A stretch of DNA of 64,000 nucleotides from Candidatus Nealsonbacteria bacterium (GTDB lineage Bacteria; Patescibacteriota; Minisyncoccia; Minisyncoccales; UBA6532): the NCBI GenBank assembly GCA_016186485.1, contig JACPLN010000001.1, forward strand, positions 18,377 to 82,376. The letters run 5' to 3'. The position numbers and the translations under genes were made by a program. Below are positions 1-9,488 of the stretch, one piece after another. The notes below the pieces were generated by a model. That model had not been told where the DNA came from. It saw only the letters and a list, made by a program, of their open reading frames with translations, and searched no databases. Each line of letters begins with the position of its first letter. Within the stretch, counting starts at the first letter, position 1.

Positions 1-16
1 CCATTAGCTCAGTAAT

Positions 17-39
17 AGAAAACCGAGGCCCGGCCTCGG
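17..39 (-). terminator. intrinsic terminator after dksA/traR-like gene
   Basis: minus-strand hairpin CCGAGGC/GCCTCGG (23-39, 3-nt loop) followed by TTTT. Confidence 0.6.
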
Positions 40-55
40 CTCATTCATTCCCGGT

Positions 56-424
56 TTACTTCTGGCATTTAAGACAAAGACGGGCAGCGGTATAAATCTC
101 AAGGCGTTTTTCCTCTATAGATTTCCCGCATTTTTCGCACTTTCCAAAGGTGCCGTTTTTTATTTTCCCCAAGGCAAGATCAATATCTTTAAGCCTTGTT
201 TCAAGGTTATACTCAATCGGAAGATTGGTGGCATATGTTTCCACTTCGTCTGCGGCGTCTTCCAAAGATTCGCTCCCTATTCCCCCATTGTGTTTTGGGA
301 AACGAGTATCCCAATCTCCTTTTAGCTTAGGATCCTCGGTGGCAAATTCTTTGAGGCGATCCGCAACATCGGCCCTTTCCTTTTCTAGTTTCCCTTTGAT
401 TTCTTGAATAGTTTTTTTATCCAT
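56..424 (-). CDS. DksA/TraR-family C4 zinc-finger protein
   Basis: C-terminal CEKC...CLKC four-Cys finger after an acidic helical region; start moved to ATG at 424 (MDKKTIQEI) within ORF 56..490. Confidence 0.7.
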   Translation of the reverse strand: MDKKTIQEIKGKLEKERADVADRLKEFATEDPKLKGDWDTRFPKHNGGIGSESLEDAADEVETYATNLPIEYNLETRLKDIDLALGKIKNGTFGKCEKCGKSIEEKRLEIYTAARLCLKCQK

Positions 425-634
425 AGTTTTGGTAATAAAAAAGAGGGTGCTGGCAGCCTCTAACATATTGTTGGGATAATAGACTCGCACCCTTCTTTCC
501 GGTGCCTTAAGCCGATTTTTGGGTAATACCCAGAATTCAGCAAAAGGACTTATAAGGTTCTGTTTCTATTTTCTCACAACAAAGAGACTGCGTCAAGGGC
601 TAAACTCATAATTTTTAAACAGTTTTTCCCCAGC

Positions 635-2056
635 TTACTTCAGCCCGCTTTTAAGCTTTATTATTTTAAGGACAGAATCGTTTATTCTTTTTTCGGAAAC
701 GTCCTGGTTTTGAACGGCCTCAAGCAGGGCCAGAACGGCTTCTTTTGGTTTTCTTTCAGAATCAGTGAACAGGATAATATCTACGCCGGAATTTATGGGA
801 GTAGCGGCCAGATCCTTTAAAGAAAACCCCATAAGGACGTTTTGGTTAAGGTCGTCCGTCATAATTAAATAGTCTCCCCGAATGCTTTCTTTGAGAAAGT
901 TAATTCCTTTTTCTGATAAGAAAAATCGCCTTTGGCTGTCAATTTCCGAAACAATAACGTTCGCAGCCATTATAAGCTCAGGATTTGCTTCTGCCGTTTT
1001 TTGAAATTGAGATATGACTGGAGTTGTTGGAATTCTTGCCGTTTTCTCTTCCGGGTTGAAATCAATCCCTGTGTAGCCGGGGAAATGCTTTAAGGCAGAG
1101 AATATGCCGGCTGCTCTCTGGCCTTCTATTATTGCTTTTCCAAGTTCTCCGGAAGTTTCAACGTCCTTTTGAAACCCTCTTTGGTAAAGGAAATCGCCAG
1201 GATTCAGCTCGTCCAACACCGGAGCCAGGTTTAAATTAAAACCAAGCTCTTTTAGTTCTCCGCCCCTGCGGAGCCCGACCTGAAAGGCTTGTTCTTTTGT
1301 TTCTATTTCAGCTTGCGAAGTCTTTTCTTCAAGGAAACCAACCCTGTTTACGGCGCCCCCTTCTTGATCTACGGCTACGAAAAGAGGAAGGCCAACGCTA
1401 TTTTTTGACGTTTCTTGAAGCCCCTGAATAAGCGTTTTTACCTGTTCTTTGCTTTCAATATTCTTTGAAAATAAAATAATCCCTCCCGGGGTCAGATCCG
1501 CAAAGACATTTTTTAGTTCTTCGGTTGCCTCCTTTCCTTCAAATCCAACAATAAACAGCTGGCCAATCCTCTCTTTTAGGGAAAGGGCGGCTAGCTTTTC
1601 TTCCGGCGAGAGAATAATTTCTTCTTGCTTTTGCTGAGTTTCTCTTACAAAGAAGTACCAATAGGCAAAAGAAATTATGAAAGTCAAAAGCAAAACTACG
1701 GCAACCCTGATTAAAACCTTTCCTATCCAGCCAGACCGCCATCTCCGAGCTGGCAGACTGGGTATTATTGCTTTTGGTTTTATTAATTTTTCTCTTTCTT
1801 CCGCTTCTTTCCGGATTATTTCCAGCCTTTCTCTTTCCCTTTTTTCTTCTTCCCTTGTTTCATTTTCCACTTCTTTTTTTGCCGAAACTTCTATCGGGGC
1901 CGGCTTTTTTAATTCATCCTCCCCTGTTTTTAGTTTTGTGATTCGCTCCCTTTCCGATTCAGCTTCTTTTTCCCGAAGCCCGGCTACGTCCTTAGCCATA
2001 GTTTTGACCTCCTCCCGTTTTAGAAATTCCAGTTTTTCCTTATCTTCTTCCGCCAT
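635..2056 (-). CDS. glycoside hydrolase family 3 (NagZ-like) with charged N-terminal extension and one TM helix
   Basis: motifs LFIVGFEG, VAVDQEGGAVNR, KHFPGYTG; Glu/Lys-rich first ~100 aa then hydrophobic VLIRVAVVLLLTFIISFAYWYFF. Confidence 0.7.
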   Translation of the reverse strand: MAEEDKEKLEFLKREEVKTMAKDVAGLREKEAESERERITKLKTGEDELKKPAPIEVSAKKEVENETREEEKRERERLEIIRKEAEEREKLIKPKAIIPSLPARRWRSGWIGKVLIRVAVVLLLTFIISFAYWYFFVRETQQKQEEIILSPEEKLAALSLKERIGQLFIVGFEGKEATEELKNVFADLTPGGIILFSKNIESKEQVKTLIQGLQETSKNSVGLPLFVAVDQEGGAVNRVGFLEEKTSQAEIETKEQAFQVGLRRGGELKELGFNLNLAPVLDELNPGDFLYQRGFQKDVETSGELGKAIIEGQRAAGIFSALKHFPGYTGIDFNPEEKTARIPTTPVISQFQKTAEANPELIMAANVIVSEIDSQRRFFLSEKGINFLKESIRGDYLIMTDDLNQNVLMGFSLKDLAATPINSGVDIILFTDSERKPKEAVLALLEAVQNQDVSEKRINDSVLKIIKLKSGLK

Positions 2057-2061
2057 AAAAA

Positions 2062-4170
2062 TTATTTAATGTCTTTCATTGATAGATTTATCCTGCCAAT
2101 TTCGTCAATTTCTATTACTTTAACTGAAACAATATCTCCTATTTTCACAACGTCTTCAACTTTGTTCACTCTGTTTTTTGACAGCTGAGATATGTGAACC
2201 AGTCCTTCTTGGCCCGGAGCAATCTCTACAAAAGCCCCAAAAGGCAGAATTCTCTTTACTTTTCCTTCAAATACCTCCCCTATTTTTATTTCCCTGGTTA
2301 TATTCTCAATCCAGGCAACTGCTTTCTTGGCGGCTTCCTCTTTTTCCGCGGTGACGAATATGAGGCCGGAATCCTGAATGTCAATTTCTACCCCGCAGGT
2401 GTCAATTATTTCGTTTATCATTTTTCCGCCGGGCCCTATCACTTCCCTTATCTTATCCGGGTTGATTTGGATGGTAATGATTCTCGGGGCATACGGGGAC
2501 AATTCTGGCCTCGGATTCGCCAGAACCCCGGTTATTTTTTCAAGAATCTGAAGCCTTGCTTCTTTCGCTCTTTTCATAGCTTCTTTGAATATTTCTTTTG
2601 TTATTCCATGAACCTTTACGTCCATCTGTATTGCGGTAACCCCCTCTTTTGTGCCCGCAACCTTAAAATCCATATCTCCGTGGTGGTCTTCCGGCCCTTG
2701 AATATCGGTTAAAATCTTGTAGTTTTTCCTTTCATCTGACATTAATCCTATGGCAATGCCGGCTGCCGGAGCTTTGATGGGAACCCCGGCATCCATTAGG
2801 GCCAAAGATGAGCCGCAAACAGAGGCCATAGAAGTGGATCCGTTTGAAGACAGGATTTCAGATACAATTCTGATGGTGTAAGGGAATTTTTCAAAAGTGG
2901 GGATTAGGGGCATTAACGCTTTTTCTGCGAGCATTCCGTGGCCGATTTCCCTTCTCCCGGGCCCCCTCATTGGCTTTATTTCCCCGGAAGAGTAGGGAGG
3001 GAAGTTGTAGTGATGCATAAAGCGCTTTTTGCCGGACATTTCCATGCCCTCAACCAATCTTTGGTCTCCGGGAGCCCCTAGAGTCAATATGGAGAGGGAT
3101 TTTGTTTCTCCTCTCATAAAGAGCCCGGAGCCGTGGGTTCTGGGCAAAATCCCGGCTTCGCAATTCAATTCTCTTACCTGATCCAATTTTCTGCCATCAG
3201 GCCTTTTTTCTTCCTTGATTGCCTTTTCGTGGACCAACCTATCCGTTTCTTTTTCAAAAAAGTCCTGGGCATATTTGTTTTTTCCCGATCCCGGGTATTT
3301 TTCTTCAATATAAAGGGCGAGTTCTTCTTTTAAGGCGCCGATTCCGTCTGTTTTAAGACTCTTATCTTTTGGGTAGAGCGTCTCTTCCAGCTTTGATCCT
3401 AAGAATTCCTTTATCTCTTTTTCAAGATCCGGATCTTTAGCCGGAGGAGCCAGCGCTATTTTTTCTTTGCCTATTTCTTTCTTGATTTGCCCAAGAAATT
3501 CAACCACTTTTTTTAAGTATGGTTCCGCAAATTCAAAAGCTTCAAAAACGATATCTTCGTTCGCTTCGCTCCCCTCCATTTCAATCATATTTAAAAGAAG
3601 TTCGTTTCCTTCTTTGACTGCCGAAACAATGAAATCAAACTGGCTTTTAACCCTTTCTTCATAGGTGGGGTTGATAAGGAATTTTTCGCCGATTCTGCCT
3701 ATTCTTGCCGACGCCATGTCTCCCTGCCAAGGTATGTCAGAAATGTTCAGGGCGTTAAATGCGGCAACCAATCCCAAAACATCCGGGTCATTCTGGCTAT
3801 CCCAAGAAAGAGTGGTGATAACAACCTGAACTTCTCTGCCCAGATTCTTGGGGAAACGCGGCCTTATGGCCCTGTCAATCAATCTTGCGGTAATTATTGC
3901 TTCATCTGTTGGGCGCCCCTCTCTTTTTATAAAGCGGGGTCCCAGTATCTTTCCCGCCGCATAAAATCTTTCTTCGTATTCAACGGTTAAGGGAAAGAAA
4001 TCTTGCGCTTTTGCAGAACCCTTAGACATTACCGCCGTAGCCAATATCATTGTGTCCCCGTATCTTACAAGGCAGCTGCCGTTGGTGTTGCTTGCCAGAT
4101 CCCTTATTTCAACGACAAGATCTTTTCCCCCTATTTCTAATTTAAATGTTTTTTTATTTTCTTTGCTCAT
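2062..4170 (-). CDS. pnp: polyribonucleotide nucleotidyltransferase (PNPase)
   Basis: 702 aa with two RNase PH-like halves, a KH region and a C-terminal S1 region (GEVFEGKVKRILPFGAFVEI); downstream of rpsO. Confidence 0.95.
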   Translation of the reverse strand: MSKENKKTFKLEIGGKDLVVEIRDLASNTNGSCLVRYGDTMILATAVMSKGSAKAQDFFPLTVEYEERFYAAGKILGPRFIKREGRPTDEAIITARLIDRAIRPRFPKNLGREVQVVITTLSWDSQNDPDVLGLVAAFNALNISDIPWQGDMASARIGRIGEKFLINPTYEERVKSQFDFIVSAVKEGNELLLNMIEMEGSEANEDIVFEAFEFAEPYLKKVVEFLGQIKKEIGKEKIALAPPAKDPDLEKEIKEFLGSKLEETLYPKDKSLKTDGIGALKEELALYIEEKYPGSGKNKYAQDFFEKETDRLVHEKAIKEEKRPDGRKLDQVRELNCEAGILPRTHGSGLFMRGETKSLSILTLGAPGDQRLVEGMEMSGKKRFMHHYNFPPYSSGEIKPMRGPGRREIGHGMLAEKALMPLIPTFEKFPYTIRIVSEILSSNGSTSMASVCGSSLALMDAGVPIKAPAAGIAIGLMSDERKNYKILTDIQGPEDHHGDMDFKVAGTKEGVTAIQMDVKVHGITKEIFKEAMKRAKEARLQILEKITGVLANPRPELSPYAPRIITIQINPDKIREVIGPGGKMINEIIDTCGVEIDIQDSGLIFVTAEKEEAAKKAVAWIENITREIKIGEVFEGKVKRILPFGAFVEIAPGQEGLVHISQLSKNRVNKVEDVVKIGDIVSVKVIEIDEIGRINLSMKDIK

Positions 4171-4670
4171 GTTTTTAACAAGTATTTATTAGTATTCTTG
4201 CCTAAATCCAGAAAGCTATCCGCAACTTCTTTTAGTTTTCCCGAGGCCGATCTGCCAAACGCCGCAATTTCTACCAACGCTGGTTTTGCGTATTTTATGT
4301 ACTCAACCAACGGGAAGAAGTCCCCATCGCCCGTTATTAAAACAATAACGTCCGCGCTGTCGCTGAATTTTATTGCGTCAACGGCAATTCCGACATCCCA
4401 ATCCCCTTTCTTCAATCCCCCGGGGTAAACCTGAAGATCTTTCATTTTTACTTCAATGCCGATTCTTTTTAGCGCCTCGTAAAATCCTTTTTCCTCGCCC
4501 CCTTCCGTTTTAATGCCGTATGCCATGGCCCTGACTAAATTTCTTCCGGCAACAGCGCCTTTCAGCACTTCTTTGAAGTTAACCTTTTTGCCGTAAAGGT
4601 GTTTTGCCGAATGATAGAGATTTTGGACGTCAATAAAAACGGCAACCCTTTGCTCTTGCTTTATTGGCAT
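4167..4670 (-). CDS. NYN/LabA-like domain protein (putative RNase)
   Basis: VAVFIDVQNLYHSAK ... VLITGDGDFFPLVEY pattern typical of NYN (LabA/DUF88) domains; 4-nt overlap with the pnp start. Confidence 0.6.
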   Translation of the reverse strand: MPIKQEQRVAVFIDVQNLYHSAKHLYGKKVNFKEVLKGAVAGRNLVRAMAYGIKTEGGEEKGFYEALKRIGIEVKMKDLQVYPGGLKKGDWDVGIAVDAIKFSDSADVIVLITGDGDFFPLVEYIKYAKPALVEIAAFGRSASGKLKEVADSFLDLGKNTNKYLLKT

Positions 4671-4671
4671 T

Positions 4672-4938
4672 TTATTTCTTTAAACCTATTTTTTTAATAA
4701 TGCCGTTGTATCTCCTGGCGTTTTCTTTTTGAAGATAATCCAAAAGAGATCTTCTTTTTCCGACCATATTTAAAAGGCCTCTCTTTGAATGGAAATCCTT
4801 AGCATGCTTTTTTAAATGCAAAAGCAGCTTCTTAATTTCTTCGGTTAAGAGGGCAACCTGGACTTCGGGAGAGCCGGTGTCCGACTCGTGCAGTTTGTAT
4901 TTTTTGACGATTTTTGTTTTTTCTTCCGGCGTCAGCAT
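4672..4938 (-). CDS. rpsO: 30S ribosomal protein S15
   Basis: [38 protein letters not shown]...; start moved to ATG at 4938. Confidence 0.9.
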   Translation of the reverse strand: MLTPEEKTKIVKKYKLHESDTGSPEVQVALLTEEIKKLLLHLKKHAKDFHSKRGLLNMVGKRRSLLDYLQKENARRYNGIIKKIGLKK

Positions 4939-4996
4939 TTTTTTAAAAATAGCGATCGTTTTTATTATACTCCATAGATTATCAACCACGCAAATG

Positions 4997-5069
4997 TGCC
5001 CCCAGCAGGGCTCGAACCTGCAACCTTATCCTTAAGAGGGATCTGCTCTACCAACTGAGCTATGGGGGC
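4997..5069 (-). tRNA. tRNA-Lys(CTT)
   Basis: hand-folded cloverleaf, acceptor GCCCCCA/TGGGGGC, anticodon loop CTCTTAA, T-loop TTCGAGC; no encoded CCA. Confidence 0.85.
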
Positions 5070-5075
5070 TCTAAA

Positions 5076-5507
5076 TTAGCGGATTGTGCAGTTGAATTGG
5101 GCCCATTTGTCTGCGCCGGTAAAGCTGATGGCAAAGTCGGAAACCCCAATTGCTTTAAAAACCGTATTGACCATTATAAACGCTCCGAAAATAATCGCAA
5201 CTCCTATCACCGCGGCCGTCAATATTTTCTTACCTGTTTCCACCTGACTTGGGTTTCCGGCAGCGGTAACCAGCATAAACCCGCCGATCATCAGCATTAA
5301 AACAGCTATAGGCGTAACAATAAAATTGATAATCCAGCCCCAGACGCGGTTTATCAGCTCAAAAAGATGGCAAATATTGCAAGGGTTGCCTGCTTCTCCG
5401 CAGGGTACTAGGCCGGCAGAAAAACCGGCCAAAGGCAAAAACAAAACACCCAGCGCAAAAACCAACATTGACTTTTGAATTTTAAGCTTTAGTTTTGAGA
5501 TTTGCAT
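5076..5507 (-). CDS. signal-peptide membrane protein, TrbC/VirB2-like (T4SS-pilin-like) topology
   Basis: N-terminal signal sequence, Cys pair, then two long hydrophobic helices; resemblance to CPR pilin-like proteins is from memory only. Confidence 0.35.
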   Translation of the reverse strand: MQISKLKLKIQKSMLVFALGVLFLPLAGFSAGLVPCGEAGNPCNICHLFELINRVWGWIINFIVTPIAVLMLMIGGFMLVTAAGNPSQVETGKKILTAAVIGVAIIFGAFIMVNTVFKAIGVSDFAISFTGADKWAQFNCTIR

Positions 5508-5535
5508 TTTGAATTTTGAGTTTAGCGGTAGCGCC

Positions 5536-5613
5536 TGGTGCCCCCGGAAGGACTTGAACCCTCACAAACCTAGTTCCGAAGACTAGTGCTCTATCCGATT
5601 GAGCTACGGGGGC
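5536..5613 (-). tRNA. tRNA-Arg(TCG), CCA encoded
   Basis: acceptor GCCCCCG/CGGGGGC, anticodon loop CTTCGGA, T-loop TTCAAGT, 3' ACCA. Confidence 0.85.
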
Positions 5614-6042
5614 TAATATTCTTAAACCAACCAAATTGTCTGGCTGTTTTTTTTCTGTGACAGTTAGCGCATCTCACATCACATTTTTTACTTCTTGTTC
5701 AATTTTTTGTATAGGGTATCGCCCCGTTATCAATAATGAGACCTCTTTTAGTTTATTTCCTCTATGGTCAAATTCTAAAACAGTAGTATCTTTTTCACCA
5801 CAATCCACGCACGGGTGTTTTAGTAAAAAATCTCGAATAAAACTCCGTATTTTTAATCTATTATTTGCATTCCTCTTTCTAGTTTTTTCTAAATAGTATG
5901 TTCTATTATTGTAATAATGGTTTCTTATCAGTTCCCTAGTGCACTTTTTGCACTGGTATTGTCGCAACCCCAAAGCTTTAATTTTAAAACTAAATTGATT
6001 TAGGCCTTTTTCAATTTTACATCTTGTACACCTTTTCGTCAT
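5591..6042 (-). pseudogene. HNH endonuclease, frame broken in an A6 run (ORF track 5674..6042 is the 5' part)
   Basis: CVDCGEKDTTVLEFDH...GNK in frame. The essential KCDVRCANCHRKKT motif is encoded just downstream in the adjacent frame, and restoring A7 at 5684-5689 joins them. Confidence 0.6.
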
Positions 6043-6201
6043 CTATTAAATAATACGTCGTATTGTCCAATTATACCACGGGGGCCCCATACAGACCCTT
6101 TTCAATTTTCTGTCGGGCCCGGCCCGTAAGGGCATAGGGCGCATAACTTATTCTACCACAACAGTTGAAAAATTCAATTTTAAGGGTAAGATAAATTAAA
6201 C

Positions 6202-7662
6202 ATGATTATTCCAAAAGAAATAAAAGATATAATTTTGAAGCTGAATAAGGCGGGATTTGAAGCTTACGTTGTCGGAGGCTGCGTTCGCGATATTTTAACA
6301 GGAGTGGATCCAAAAGATTGGGATGTGACAACAAGCGCAAAGCCGGAAGAATTAAGAAAGCTGTTTCCCAAAAGTTTTTACGAAAATAAATTCTATACCG
6401 TAACCGTTCAAACCAACAGCAAGAACCCTGTCTTAAAAGAAATTGAGGTTACCACTTTCAGATCAGAGACAAAGTACACAGACAAAAGGCATCCCGACGA
6501 AATAAAGCCAGCTAAAAACCTTAAAGAAGACCTGGCAAGAAGGGACTTTACGGTAAATGCGCTTGCCCTTCGGCTTCGCTCGGGGCAAGCTCCTGAAATT
6601 ATTGATCATTTTGGGGGACGGAAAGATCTTGAAGATAAGCTTATTAGGGCGGTAGGAAATCCGGCGGAAAGATTTGACGAAGACGCTTTAAGGTTAATGA
6701 GAGCAGTAAGATTTGCCGCAACCCTGGGTTTTGCAATTGAAAACAAGACTCTTGAGGCGATCAGGGAAAACGCCGAAACCCTCAGCTTCATTTCAAAAGA
6801 AAGAATCAGGGATGAGTTTTTGAAGATAGCAATGTCGGAGAATGCGGCCCAAGGCCTTGAATTATTAAGAGAAAACGGCTTGTTAAAGTTTATTATTCCT
6901 GAACTTGAGGAAGGATACGGAGTCGGCCAAAACAAGCACCATATTTACGACTGTTATACCCACAACCTTCTTTCTTTTAAATACGCAGCTCAAAAAGGCT
7001 TTAACCAACAAGTGAGGATAGCCGCCCTGCTTCACGATGTTGCCAAACCCAGGGTTAAGCGCGGAAACGGCCCGAACTCCACTTTTTATAACCATGAAGT
7101 TGTCGGTGCAAAAATGGCGGCCCAAATACTGGATAGGCTTCGTTTCTCCAAAAAAGACGCTGAAAAGATCGTTAAGCTTGTTAGATATCACCTTTTTTAC
7201 TATAATGTGGACGAGGTTACAGAATCTTCAGTAAGGCGTTTGGTAAGGAATGTCGGGCCGGAAAATATGGAAGAATTGCTCCAGGTAAGAATGTGCGACC
7301 GCATTGGTTCGGGGGTGCCAAAGGCCGAACCATATAAGCTTCGCCATTTAAAGTATGTTATTGATAAGGTTTCTCAAGATCCTATTTCCGTAAAAATGCT
7401 GAAAGTGAGCGGTAACGACATAATGAAGCTATTGAAGATAAAACCCGGGCCAAAGATCGGCAAAATCCTGGATATTTTATTAGGGAAAGTATTAGACGAT
7501 CCAAAGAATAACACCAAAGCGTTTCTTGAGAAACAACTAAAAGATTTAAGCGAATTATCAGAAAAAGAGCTGGAAAAGTTGGCAAACGAGGCCAAAGATA
7601 AGAGGCAGAAACTTGAAATAAAGAGAGATAATATGACAAAGAGCAAATATTGGGTAACGTAA
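6202..7662 (+). CDS. cca: CCA-adding tRNA nucleotidyltransferase with HD domain
   Basis: GGCVRD...DWD pol-beta nucleotidyltransferase head, RDFTVNA, then an HD region (LLHDVAKP). Confidence 0.85.
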   Translation: MIIPKEIKDIILKLNKAGFEAYVVGGCVRDILTGVDPKDWDVTTSAKPEELRKLFPKSFYENKFYTVTVQTNSKNPVLKEIEVTTFRSETKYTDKRHPDEIKPAKNLKEDLARRDFTVNALALRLRSGQAPEIIDHFGGRKDLEDKLIRAVGNPAERFDEDALRLMRAVRFAATLGFAIENKTLEAIRENAETLSFISKERIRDEFLKIAMSENAAQGLELLRENGLLKFIIPELEEGYGVGQNKHHIYDCYTHNLLSFKYAAQKGFNQQVRIAALLHDVAKPRVKRGNGPNSTFYNHEVVGAKMAAQILDRLRFSKKDAEKIVKLVRYHLFYYNVDEVTESSVRRLVRNVGPENMEELLQVRMCDRIGSGVPKAEPYKLRHLKYVIDKVSQDPISVKMLKVSGNDIMKLLKIKPGPKIGKILDILLGKVLDDPKNNTKAFLEKQLKDLSELSEKELEKLANEAKDKRQKLEIKRDNMTKSKYWVT

Positions 7663-7667
7663 AATTT

Positions 7668-7958
7668 ATGGAATTATCAATAATAATTGCCGCGTTCGGC
7701 GGCGGAGCGGTCAGGGGAATGGTCGGTTTTATTAAGCACCAGTTCGCCTATAAGAACGTGGGTTTTAATGTTCCCTATTTTTTGGCAATGATTTTTCTTT
7801 CCGGCACGGTTGGCGTTATGGTGGCGGCCGCATTTAACGTTAATGCCGTTTTCGCCTTTATTATTGGGTATGCCGGAGGCGACTTTCTGGAGAACGTCTA
7901 TAAGATTATTGCAAAAAAGCCCGAGATTTACCTTCCTTTTAAAAACATCAAGCCTTAG
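7668..7958 (+). CDS. small integral membrane protein (hypothetical)
   Basis: three hydrophobic segments; start moved to ATG 7668. Confidence 0.45.
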   Translation: MELSIIIAAFGGGAVRGMVGFIKHQFAYKNVGFNVPYFLAMIFLSGTVGVMVAAAFNVNAVFAFIIGYAGGDFLENVYKIIAKKPEIYLPFKNIKP

Positions 7959-7969
7959 GGCAGCTGTTT

Positions 7970-8002
7970 GGGCTATTGCTTCCTCGGAGGAAGCAATAGC
8001 CC
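7970..8002. repeat. REP palindrome copy 1
   Basis: GGGCTATTGCTTCCTCGGAGGAAGCAATAGCCC, perfect 16-bp arms around one central base. Confidence 0.9.
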
Positions 8003-8051
8003 AGGTGTTTGTCGTGAAACAATTGTCGTGAAACAATCGCTAAAATTTTAA

Positions 8052-8122
8052 CGGAGAGTAGTGTAGCGGCAGCACGAGTCCTTCGGGAGGATTTAGCCCG
8101 GGTTCGAATCCCGGCTCTCCGA
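8052..8122 (+). tRNA. tRNA-Pro(CGG)
   Basis: acceptor CGGAGAG/CTCTCCG, anticodon loop TTCGGGA, T arm CCGGG-TTCGAAT-CCCGG. Confidence 0.8.
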
Positions 8123-8134
8123 CTAAAAATCTTT

Positions 8135-9136
8135 ATGAAAATAGCTATTTTTGAGGTTGGCAAAGAAGAATCAGAAACAATCAAGAACGTGCTTTCAGAA
8201 CACGAAACTGTTTTGTTTGAAGGGAATCTGCAAGATAAGCTCGGCAACATAAAAGATTTTGAATGCGTGTCTGTTAGAGTTTATTCAAGGGTTGATAAGG
8301 AATTAATTGATAGCCTTCCTAATTTGAAGCTGATTGCAATCAGGGGCACTGGTTTTGATAATGTTGACGTCAAACACGCTGTTAAGCGCGGAATTGCTGT
8401 CTGCAATGTGCCGCGTTACGGCGAGAGCGCAGTGGCTGAACACGCGTTCGCTTTAATTTTGGCTTTAGCAAAAAACATTGTTTTGGCATCGGAAAGGACG
8501 AAAAACGGCAACTTTAGTTTGGATGGATTAGAGGGGGTTGAATTAAAAGATAAGATCATTGGACTGATTGGCTGCGGCAATATTGGAAGAAAAACAGCCC
8601 AGATTGCCAATGGTTTTGGCATGAAGATTCTGGTTTATGACACAAATCCCGATACTGATCTTGTAAAAAGTCTTGGCGTAAAATATGTTGACTACGATTA
8701 TCTTTTAGCTAATTCTGATATTTTAAGCTTCCATGCGCCTCTTTCCCCGAACACCAAGCATATGTTCAACAAATACAGCCTAAAGATTGTTAAAAAAGGC
8801 GTTATTCTGATTAATACTGCCAGGGGGGAGATTGTTGAAACAGAAGCGATTCTTATCGGCCTTCAAAATGGCATTATTAAAGCGGCCGGGCTGGATGTTC
8901 TGGAGGAAGAATGTTTTGTTAAAGAGGAGATCCAGCTTTTGAGCGAGGAATTCGCAAAGACGTGCAATATAAAAACTTTATTAGAGGGACATTTGTTGAC
9001 AAAAAAAGATAACGTTATCATTACTCCTCACAGCGCTTTTTATTCAAAAGAAGCCCTTGAGCGCAAGGTAGAAATTGCCTGCCAGAACATTTTGAGCTTT
9101 ATTGACGGCCACCCGATTAATATCATTACTGTTTAA
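8135..9136 (+). CDS. D-isomer-specific 2-hydroxyacid dehydrogenase (D-lactate/phosphoglycerate dehydrogenase-like)
   Basis: NAD fold GLIGCGNIGRKTA; catalytic-domain pattern LINTARGEIV, ITPHSAFYS. Confidence 0.8.
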   Translation: MKIAIFEVGKEESETIKNVLSEHETVLFEGNLQDKLGNIKDFECVSVRVYSRVDKELIDSLPNLKLIAIRGTGFDNVDVKHAVKRGIAVCNVPRYGESAVAEHAFALILALAKNIVLASERTKNGNFSLDGLEGVELKDKIIGLIGCGNIGRKTAQIANGFGMKILVYDTNPDTDLVKSLGVKYVDYDYLLANSDILSFHAPLSPNTKHMFNKYSLKIVKKGVILINTARGEIVETEAILIGLQNGIIKAAGLDVLEEECFVKEEIQLLSEEFAKTCNIKTLLEGHLLTKKDNVIITPHSAFYSKEALERKVEIACQNILSFIDGHPINIITV

Positions 9137-9182
9137 GAAATGCGACAAAATGCGACATTGTCGCAATGTCGCATTATTCATT

Positions 9183-9464
9183 ATGAAAATTACCATTTTT
9201 TATACCGGGAACGCATATAGTTTCATGAGAAACATTGGATATACCCCTCTTAGAGAATCTTATGTTAAAAGACTTGGCCAGGGCGATTACCCCAGATTTC
9301 ATGCCTATATTAAGCAAGCTGGCGGCAAATTAATAATTAACCTTCATTTAGACCAGAAAAAGCCTATTTATAAAGGCGTTTCCGCGCACAGCGGAGAGTA
9401 TGTAGGAGAATTGGTGGAAAAAGAAGCAGAAAGAATAAAAAATGCTCGCATTGGCGAGCCTTAA
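9183..9464 (+). CDS. hypothetical protein
   Basis: ORF 9102..9464 trimmed to ATG 9183 (MKITIFYTG...); no family recognised. Confidence 0.4.
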   Translation: MKITIFYTGNAYSFMRNIGYTPLRESYVKRLGQGDYPRFHAYIKQAGGKLIINLHLDQKKPIYKGVSAHSGEYVGELVEKEAERIKNARIGEP

Positions 9465-9488
9465 TTTTGTCCATGATAGCCCATTCGG

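Noticed and set aside
6046-6075. Similarity between the HNH upstream region (GTCGTATTGTCCAATTATACC) and the 19-nt direct repeats of the integrated element (GTCGTATTGTGACCATACC)
   Set aside because: Only about 10 contiguous matching bases, and part of the match is a -10-like TATAAT on the other strand. This is too weak to claim a link without a genome-wide motif count.
7677-8250. ORFs 7677..8036(-), 7810..8031(+), 7948..8250(-), and likewise 11557..11778(-), 35976..36275(-), 56122..56382(-), 57701..58024(-)
   Set aside because: Each spans a REP palindrome (the recurrent peptide AIASSEEAIA is just the translated REP) and/or a tRNA gene. They are artefacts of the repeats.
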